Shown here one piece after another: positions 33,386 to 39,906 of a DNA stretch of 39,906 bases (its first letter is position 1; each line of letters begins with the position of its first letter). Source of the DNA: a virus (lineage: Duplodnaviria; Caudoviricetes). The position numbers and the translations under genes are program-made. The DNA is taken from IMG/VR virus record IMGVR_UViG_3300044580_000234, positions 1 through 39,906 of that record; one strand, 5' to 3'. The notes beneath the pieces were generated by a model, which did not search any database, was not told the origin of the DNA, and saw only the letters and a list, made by a program, of their open reading frames with translations.

Positions 33386-34014
33386 TATGCACCCCTTTCC
33401 AATAGGTTAAGCTCCAGCTTTCTTAATTCTAAATTGCTTTTTTTCTCAGGTTCAATTTTACATCTTTCCTCAAATTCTTTTTTCAAATCATCTTCACTTC
33501 TTAATCCAACCTTTGTTTGTGGGTAAGCAGGGTTAGTTACAGGCCCAATTTCATAAATTGTAGCCTTAACAATTTCTCTATGATAAACTCCATGCTCATC
33601 ACGTGTAACGATGTCACCTTCATCATCAACTGAAAATTCAAACGATGCACCTCTTACGTTTTTGCGCTTAAGGTTTACTTCCAAGTCTTTCCCGTAAGTT
33701 GTTGGAGGTATTGGAGCCTTAAACCTTAAGCCCTGCTCAGTATCAGTAATTTCCAACATTGGCTTACTTTTAGTAGTAGCAAGAACCTGATTTCTGTCAT
33801 GATTAAAAAAGCTTTTTATTTCATTACCAGATGACAAAGCATCTTTAAAAGCCCCTTTGCGAATTTTTTCTCTGTATCCGGGCCATATTTCAACCTCTTT
33901 GTCGTAAACTACACCAAGGCCCTCAACAAAGCGCTGTTCGCTGTTTTCGCCCTCAGCTCTAAATTCAATCTCTTCTATTTCGAGAGTTCTTGTCTCTCTT
34001 TTTTCTACAGGCAT
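33385..34014 (-). CDS. HK97-family prohead protease
   Basis: FNHD, GASFEF, EIGPVTNPAYPQT. Confidence 0.93.
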   Translation of the reverse strand: MPVEKRETRTLEIEEIEFRAEGENSEQRFVEGLGVVYDKEVEIWPGYREKIRKGAFKDALSSGNEIKSFFNHDRNQVLATTKSKPMLEITDTEQGLRFKAPIPPTTYGKDLEVNLKRKNVRGASFEFSVDDEGDIVTRDEHGVYHREIVKATIYEIGPVTNPAYPQTKVGLRSEDDLKKEFEERCKIEPEKKSNLELRKLELNLLERGA

Positions 34015-35276
34015 TATTCCTCCTGTTCTTTGTTATCTTGACTTGTTGCATTTGGATGCTTTGGTTCAGCCATAAGAGCCTTTTCTACTGGCTGCATATT
34101 AACTGGTGCCCAATAGGTGTTACCGTTTGGTATTGGATTCCAGTTTTCTATTTCAGCAATCTGGTCGGGACACATAAAAGAGTTGTTGATTCCTATTTTA
34201 TAAGACTCAAAACGCTCTTTCATTTTTCCACGAAGCAAGCCTTCAATAAGAAATTCAACAAACAACTTCTCATCAAAAATCAACTTCCTTTTAAGTTCTT
34301 GCTCCCATTGAACTAAATAAGGGCGCAAGGTAAAAGTAACAAAGCCCAAATTCATTTCTTCAAGCCCAGTACCCCAAGAAGTTGATTTTTCATGATCTTG
34401 AAGTAAATGGAGAGGTACGTTGTATATTCTTGCAATTTCTGCAATGTCAAACTTTTTTGTTTCAAGATACTGTGCATCCTGTGGAGGCAGACCAATTCTT
34501 TCGAATTTCACACCCTCCTCAAGTGCCATAATTCTATGCGAGTTACTTAACCCCTCATAACCTTCTTTTATGGCAAGCAACGCCTCTTTTTCGTTGTCTT
34601 TGTTCTTAAATTTTAACCCAGTAAGAATACCAGAAGGGTTTGTACCCTGTCCAAAAGTTCTTGCTCCAAATTCTTTTACCGCCATTGCAGCGCCAATAGT
34701 TTCCCTGTGTACTCCTATAGGTGTCAACCAATAATCTTGACTCGTTGAAAGCGATTCGAAGCAGACAACTTGATAAGGCCTAAGGTAATAAGTCTGTGTC
34801 TCAAGGTTAACCTCATAAACCAGCTCTTTGTTTCTATCTCTTTTAGGTGTAACTCTCCAAGGAGGCAATGGCCAAAGTGCAACAGGATAGCCAAACCTAT
34901 CAAATTCTATTTCAGATATTCCAGCACCCCACAAATTTTGATGTACACTTGTTAATGATCGATATTGAAACGAGGTCTGCTCTCCATTTGGAGTGTCGTG
35001 TAATATTTTGTAAATTAATTGATCGGTTGCACGCTCTTTGCCTCTTGGGTCAAGTTTTCTGTATGTGTGAAGGGGTAAAGAAGCCATAGTCCACGCAATT
35101 ATTTTAACACAAGCCCATACAGATGTTAGGCTTAAGGCTAATCTTTCATTTACATTTGAGCCTGATTTGGTGGCTTGAGCACCAAGCATATTAACAAGCA
35201 CTTCGGGTGGGCTTTTAAGACTCACAGGAGTGTTACCAGACCTGTTTTCCCGAATAATATCAGTCAAAAAACCCAT
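34014..35276 (-). CDS. HK97-family portal protein
   Basis: VWACVKIIA…LPLH, DAQYLETKKF…IARIYNVP. Confidence 0.95.
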   Translation of the reverse strand: MGFLTDIIRENRSGNTPVSLKSPPEVLVNMLGAQATKSGSNVNERLALSLTSVWACVKIIAWTMASLPLHTYRKLDPRGKERATDQLIYKILHDTPNGEQTSFQYRSLTSVHQNLWGAGISEIEFDRFGYPVALWPLPPWRVTPKRDRNKELVYEVNLETQTYYLRPYQVVCFESLSTSQDYWLTPIGVHRETIGAAMAVKEFGARTFGQGTNPSGILTGLKFKNKDNEKEALLAIKEGYEGLSNSHRIMALEEGVKFERIGLPPQDAQYLETKKFDIAEIARIYNVPLHLLQDHEKSTSWGTGLEEMNLGFVTFTLRPYLVQWEQELKRKLIFDEKLFVEFLIEGLLRGKMKERFESYKIGINNSFMCPDQIAEIENWNPIPNGNTYWAPVNMQPVEKALMAEPKHPNATSQDNKEQEE

Positions 35277-35470
35277 TAATCAGCCTTTTTGTTAGTTTTT
35301 GGCAAGAAGGCCCACAAAATCATTAGTCCACCAATTACAAACGAAGCTGGTTGATATATTTCATAAATGCCGTAAACAACACTTGAAAAGCCGCAAACTA
35401 TCATAAAGTCACCGAAGTTCGACTTTAAAGCCTTACCTATCGAGGACATTTTCGGTAATTTTAACTTCAT
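35276..35470 (-). CDS. Small two-TM protein between TerL and portal
   Basis: …SVVYGIYEIYQPASFVIGGLMIL; AAGG before ATG 35470. Confidence 0.65.
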   Translation of the reverse strand: MKLKLPKMSSIGKALKSNFGDFMIVCGFSSVVYGIYEIYQPASFVIGGLMILWAFLPKTNKKAD

Positions 35471-35490
35471 TTGTCGCCTTTTTGGGCATG

Positions 35491-35531
35491 AAAAAAAGGG
35501 TGATACAACCATACAGTGCTGTATCACCCTT
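35491..35531 (-). terminator. Strong intrinsic terminator in the portal-operon leader
   Basis: 12-bp perfect stem AAGGGTGATACA/TGTATCACCCTT followed by a U run. Confidence 0.75.
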
Positions 35532-35615
35532 AAATTCTTGACCACTTTAATTGTCTGGCCGGACCCTTAAAATGGCTGCCCGATTTTAGTAATCAACAAT
35601 CAACCTCACAACCGT

Positions 35616-35654
35616 AATATAATATGTTTTTTATAAAAATGATTTTTTTAATTT
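35616..35654 (-). promoter_or_regulatory. Putative phage late promoter (copy 1)
   Basis: AAATTAAAAAAATCA-N16-ATTATATT directly after the terL stop. Confidence 0.6.
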
Positions 35655-35655
35655 T

Positions 35656-37398
35656 TTATACAAAGAAAACTCGACCACCAGTTTCAGGTTCATTCACTAA
35701 CGCTCTAACAAGAGCATTTATAACTGCAGCGGCCAGATCTATTCTTTGCGAGTCATCTTTGTGCTTTTTGTTTAACTTAATATTTCCATTGTTATCGGAG
35801 ACCTCGACGGCGTTTGATAGGCACCAGGTAAGAAGAGGGTTGCCATCATGAACAACTTTCCCTTGCAAAATAAGTTCTCTCAATTTTTTTGTTGGCTCAG
35901 AAAGCGTTTGAACACCTTGGCGAATCTCAACTCTTTTATATCCTTCACTCTCGAGCTCTTGGGTAAAGTGTGAAGCGTTATAAGGGTCATAACAAACTTC
36001 TAAAATATTTAAATTGTATGTCAACTCAGTATCGCTCATATGTGTTTTTATGTAATTATAATCTGTAACAGCTCCTTCGGTCAGTGTGCACCATCCTTCT
36101 TGTGCCCAATGTTTATATGGTACCCTATCGCTATGTTCATGCTGAGTCGCCCTTTCTTCAGGCATAAATCCATGAGCAGAAACAGCCAGCCTACCATCGT
36201 CAAGCCAGAAGACCTGTGCATCTGCAGTCAAATCTGTTGTCTTGGATAAGTCGAGACCGTAATAAACATCTTTCCCTTTCATTAATTCTGCAAATTTTTC
36301 ACGGGAAACAGCCAAAGATTTCCACTTATCCATACAGCCAGACATATATTTGTTTTCTGAGTTAACCTGCCACCTGTTAACCCTTTTTATCATCCATTCT
36401 CGTATTTTTGAAGGGTCGCCAGAGCCAAAAGCAAGATCGTGCTCTTCTTTTACAGTATTGTACAGCTCTTGAGAATATTCGTTCTTGTTTCTAAAAATCG
36501 GATTTGCTTTAATCCAACACTTTTCATCATGAGGATCATCTTCATCGTCTATCTCTCTAATTACCCCAAAATATGTTTCACTTGGCAGTTCGCCAGAAAG
36601 AATTTTTTTAACAGTATCATCTTCAATCTTACAAGGTTTGTTTTCAGCATCTTCTCCGGCAGTGGTGATAATAAATTCCAAGCACTGAGAACGTTTGCCC
36701 TTGCCGGAAGATGTAACGCGCTTTACTAAATCAGTAGGGTGTGCATGGTACTCGTCTATTATTATTATGCAAGGAGCACCACCATCTTTGTTTTTTGTGT
36801 CTTTGGAAAGCCTTTTAAGTTCTCCACCTCTTGTTTTGTGGCTTATTTTTGTTTTCTGAACCCTCAGGCGCTTTAAAATATCAGGGGAGGCAAGAGCCAT
36901 ATCCTTAGCGTCGTCCCAAACAATTTTTGCCTGCTCTTTATCAACTGCTCCGCAAACAACTTCAGGCTTCATTTCGTATTTTGCAAGCTCTATGTGTCCG
37001 GGAGGATAAAACGCATCTCCAGTCATCCCATAATTGGCAACACCTGACATCATGGTTGACTTGGTGTTGCCTCTTGCAACTCTTATGTATGCAGTTTTAA
37101 ACCTTCTTTTTCCAGAATCAGCTCGAACCCATCCAAATATCGATCCAAGGTCAAACTTTTGCCAATCTTCCAGCTCAATTGGATCTCCAGAAAAAGGACC
37201 CCTTACATGCCTACACAGTTTAAAGTAGTCAAATATCCGGTTTGCCCTTGTCTCATCAAATACGTAAGGAAATTCTGGTGTATTTTGCCTTTCAAGGTCT
37301 CTTAGGTGTCGCTTGCAGGCTAAAATTTCCCATTTGCAGGCCAGTATTTTGCCATAAACAACATCGGTTGCATATTGGGTGGTGGGGTGCTGGTTCAT
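35656..37398 (-). CDS. terL: Terminase large subunit (Terminase_1, cos type)
   Basis: VARGNTKST Walker A, IIIDEYH Walker B, ITTAG, GLDLSKTTDLTA, RIDLAAA. Confidence 0.96.
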   Translation of the reverse strand: MNQHPTTQYATDVVYGKILACKWEILACKRHLRDLERQNTPEFPYVFDETRANRIFDYFKLCRHVRGPFSGDPIELEDWQKFDLGSIFGWVRADSGKRRFKTAYIRVARGNTKSTMMSGVANYGMTGDAFYPPGHIELAKYEMKPEVVCGAVDKEQAKIVWDDAKDMALASPDILKRLRVQKTKISHKTRGGELKRLSKDTKNKDGGAPCIIIIDEYHAHPTDLVKRVTSSGKGKRSQCLEFIITTAGEDAENKPCKIEDDTVKKILSGELPSETYFGVIREIDDEDDPHDEKCWIKANPIFRNKNEYSQELYNTVKEEHDLAFGSGDPSKIREWMIKRVNRWQVNSENKYMSGCMDKWKSLAVSREKFAELMKGKDVYYGLDLSKTTDLTADAQVFWLDDGRLAVSAHGFMPEERATQHEHSDRVPYKHWAQEGWCTLTEGAVTDYNYIKTHMSDTELTYNLNILEVCYDPYNASHFTQELESEGYKRVEIRQGVQTLSEPTKKLRELILQGKVVHDGNPLLTWCLSNAVEVSDNNGNIKLNKKHKDDSQRIDLAAAVINALVRALVNEPETGGRVFFV

Positions 37399-37400
37399 AA

Positions 37401-37892
37401 TTAATCACCAAACATCACCGCGTTGGGATCTTTTTCGGATTCACTACTTTTTGGTATCACATTTTTTACTTTAGCTAATGGAGTCAAAAACAGCCTATCC
37501 TCCATTTTTATTAGTATGTCCATTTTTTTATTTATATTATTTTCAAGATTTAACTCTGTTATGGCATGATAGGTCTTTACTTTGTCCCAACCCTTTTTAA
37601 GTATTTCAGATTTTACCTCTTGTAAGTTTATGTATTCGGCATAAGTAAGACAATACCTTTCAAGTATTGTTACATCTGAAGTTGTCACTATGTCTACGCC
37701 GTAGTTTTTGTATAAATTAATAATTTCATTCCATTTATTTTTTGCGTGTTTATTTTTTTTAACAATCTGTGGAATAACAAAATTATGATCACCAATCCTC
37801 AATTCAGATTGCTGTCTTTTTTCTATCTCTTCTTTAGTTAGCCTATTTGGATTACCTTTATACAGGTGTAATCCAATTGGTAATGCATTCAT
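37401..37892 (-). CDS. terS: Terminase small subunit (P27-like)
   Basis: GNP…AKNKW…LERYC..Y…LFLTPLAK. Confidence 0.85.
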   Translation of the reverse strand: MNALPIGLHLYKGNPNRLTKEEIEKRQQSELRIGDHNFVIPQIVKKNKHAKNKWNEIINLYKNYGVDIVTTSDVTILERYCLTYAEYINLQEVKSEILKKGWDKVKTYHAITELNLENNINKKMDILIKMEDRLFLTPLAKVKNVIPKSSESEKDPNAVMFGD

Positions 37893-37912
37893 AATAACCT
37901 CGCAATAAATCC

Positions 37913-37941
37913 TTGCTTTTCTGTTTTTAAACTTGTATACT
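37913..37941 (+). promoter_or_regulatory. Promoter of the radical SAM gene
   Basis: TTGCTT, 17 nt, TATACT; AGGAG RBS downstream. Confidence 0.55.
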
Positions 37942-37998
37942 CAATACATAGGTTCTTGATCTTATTAAACTTACAAACATTTTTCATAGGAGTTAAAA

Positions 37999-38772
37999 AT
38001 GTCTTTAATTTACGAACCAGCTGGCAAAGCCAGAGAATACAGCCCTTTGGCGTTAAATGTTTATAATGGATGTGATCACGGTTGCGCATATTGCTATACC
38101 TGTCTAATTAAACGATCTGCTGATACCAATAAAGTTGTCCAGATTCGAAAAAGTTTTGTAAATACTCTTGAAAAAGAGCTCTCCAAAACCCAACACAATA
38201 AACAGATACTATTGTCATTTATGTGTGATCCATACTGCAAAGCTGATGTAGATTTAAAAACTACCAGAGACGCATTGTTTTTGCTCAATCTCAAAAAAAG
38301 AGCTGTTGCAGTTTTAACAAAGGGTGGCGAAAGATGCTTAAGGGATATAGACATTTTCAAATCTTTTGGAAATAGGTTTAAAATAGGTGCCACATTGACA
38401 CTTTTAGATAGCTCTGAAGTTGAGCCGGAAGCTGCGCCAACAGAAGAAAGGTTAAGCACGCTAAAAAAACTACACCAAAACAATATAAAGACATGGGTTA
38501 GTATCGAACCAGTCATTGACCCTGTGCAATCAATTGAATTAATTAGTAGATCCATGCCTTACGTTCACCATTTTAAAGTTGGTAAGATGAATCATTTTGA
38601 AAAAAGATTTAGTAGTAATGTTGATTGGACTAAATTTCTTTATGATGCAATTAAGTTGCTCAGAGGCAATAATAAACCATTTTACATAAAACACGATCTG
38701 CAACAATTTGACACTAATCATATACTAACACCAATAGAAAAAGACATGGATTTTTTAAACGTTACTATTTAA
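37999..38772 (+). CDS. Radical SAM protein (spore-photoproduct-lyase-like family)
   Basis: YNGCDHGCAYCY (CxxxCxxC), CDPY, LTK, EPEAAPTEERL, SIEP. Confidence 0.85.
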   Translation: MSLIYEPAGKAREYSPLALNVYNGCDHGCAYCYTCLIKRSADTNKVVQIRKSFVNTLEKELSKTQHNKQILLSFMCDPYCKADVDLKTTRDALFLLNLKKRAVAVLTKGGERCLRDIDIFKSFGNRFKIGATLTLLDSSEVEPEAAPTEERLSTLKKLHQNNIKTWVSIEPVIDPVQSIELISRSMPYVHHFKVGKMNHFEKRFSSNVDWTKFLYDAIKLLRGNNKPFYIKHDLQQFDTNHILTPIEKDMDFLNVTI

Positions 38773-39843
38773 TAACTCTGCTGTCAAATTATATTTTGAA
38801 GTCATTCTGTTTATTATAATTTGACAGTTTTTTGGTTCTAATTCCATAGTATAACAAATTCTATTTAGCTGCTGACAAGTTGCCATTGTTGAACCAGAGC
38901 CTCCAAACAAATCCAAACAGATCATTCCTTCTTGTGAATAATGTGTTATAAATTTTGAAATAAAATTTATTGGCTTTTGGTGCTTATGTCCAAACTTCTC
39001 TTCTTTGTTTCTAAATCTATATTCTAATTTTATAATACTGCCTATACCGTCATGTAAATTCTGATGCTTGATAGCATCTCCGTTTACTTCATGAGACACT
39101 AATATGTGATTTAAATAAGGATCGTTACCACGTGGAGAGCTAAATTGAAAATTAGCAACAAAAAATTGTTTAAATAGCAATTTACTTTTTCTTAAATACT
39201 CAACAATACCTCTATCGTCGTGCATTACAAAAACGTGAGCGTTTTGAGTAAATAGATAAATATTATTTACATACCCTTCATCTTCTAAATCGTAAGGTGG
39301 GTCTGTGAAAACAATAGATGCCTTTTCATTTTTCATTAATTTTTGCACATGATCTGAATTAAAAGAGTTGCCACACATTAAAAAGTGATTCCCAATTTTA
39401 TAAACATCACCTTCACATATAGATGTTTCTACTTGTAACTCTGGCTCGTAATCATCTTCCTTGGCTTCTTGTTTTTTTATCTCAGGACAATCTAAACCCC
39501 ACTCTGACAGATCATTTAAATCCCACTCATTTGCAAGTCGTTCCCAGTCCCATTCTCCGCCAGAAACATTATCCTTTATTATGAATTCCTCTTGTTGTCT
39601 TTCTGATAAATTACCAACAAAAACAACTGGAACTTCCTTTAACCCAGCCGCCTTACAAGCCTCAAATCTCATATTGCCGCCAAGTATTACCCCATCAGAA
39701 TTGGCAACTATTGGCCTTATTTCTAACATTTCTGGGAAGCTTTTTATTGAATTTACCAGTTTTTTAAACTGTTTGTCTTTTATGATTCTTGGGTTTTTCG
39801 GGTTTTTAAGTAAGTTTTCAACAGGTGTCAAAATTGATTGCAT
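38755..39843 (-). CDS. ParB-like N-domain fused to an N6-adenine DNA methyltransferase
   Basis: NPKNPR…ILGGNMRFEA; FTDPPY; HQKP; DLFGGSGST. Confidence 0.9.
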   Translation of the reverse strand: MQSILTPVENLLKNPKNPRIIKDKQFKKLVNSIKSFPEMLEIRPIVANSDGVILGGNMRFEACKAAGLKEVPVVFVGNLSERQQEEFIIKDNVSGGEWDWERLANEWDLNDLSEWGLDCPEIKKQEAKEDDYEPELQVETSICEGDVYKIGNHFLMCGNSFNSDHVQKLMKNEKASIVFTDPPYDLEDEGYVNNIYLFTQNAHVFVMHDDRGIVEYLRKSKLLFKQFFVANFQFSSPRGNDPYLNHILVSHEVNGDAIKHQNLHDGIGSIIKLEYRFRNKEEKFGHKHQKPINFISKFITHYSQEGMICLDLFGGSGSTMATCQQLNRICYTMELEPKNCQIIINRMTSKYNLTAELLNSNV

Positions 39844-39890
39844 GGTAGTTCCTTAAATATTTTCAAAAACGAAATTTTCTCACAGTCGAG

Positions 39891-39906
39891 AGATCGGAAG
39901 AGCACA
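39891..39906 (+). other. Illumina TruSeq adapter read-through (artefact)
   Basis: AGATCGGAAGAGCACA at the extreme end. Confidence 0.95.

Noticed and set aside
37889-38089. 66-aa - strand ORF upstream of terS
   Set aside because: It overlaps the radical SAM start and promoter in antisense, with no supporting motif.

Overview
A near-complete genome of a temperate-type, HK97-fold siphovirus. No integrase is visible and the host cannot be assigned from sequence. The + strand early arm (2.6-16.3 kb) carries a BRO antirepressor behind a c4-like structured leader, an initiator with internal iterons, exonuclease/RecT/SMC-like ATPase, RusA and a terminase-type HNH. It converges on a - strand late arm (39.8-16.4 kb): ParB-methyltransferase, TerS, TerL, portal, protease, capsid, neck, tail, frameshifted chaperone, tape measure, tail tip and fibres, and lysis genes. 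The main find is a self-contained putative anti-CRISPR operon at 11.7-14.0 kb. It has a strong promoter with phased TTATAA boxes, an AcrIF11-like ADP-ribosyltransferase, an unknown gene, an extended AcrIII-1 (DUF1874) ring nuclease and an unannotated ribbon-helix-helix regulator. Other notable items are a tnpB-only IS200/IS605 element whose exact ends, TAM and guide can be deduced, a ~215-nt structured RNA candidate with a G5-T3-G5 tract next to a Zn-finger HNH gene, a shared non-canonical promoter motif at three sites, and a lipoprotein built from a tail-protein-like gene with a dual start. The last 16 nt are Illumina adapter. All family calls are motif recognition from memory; no database searches were run.
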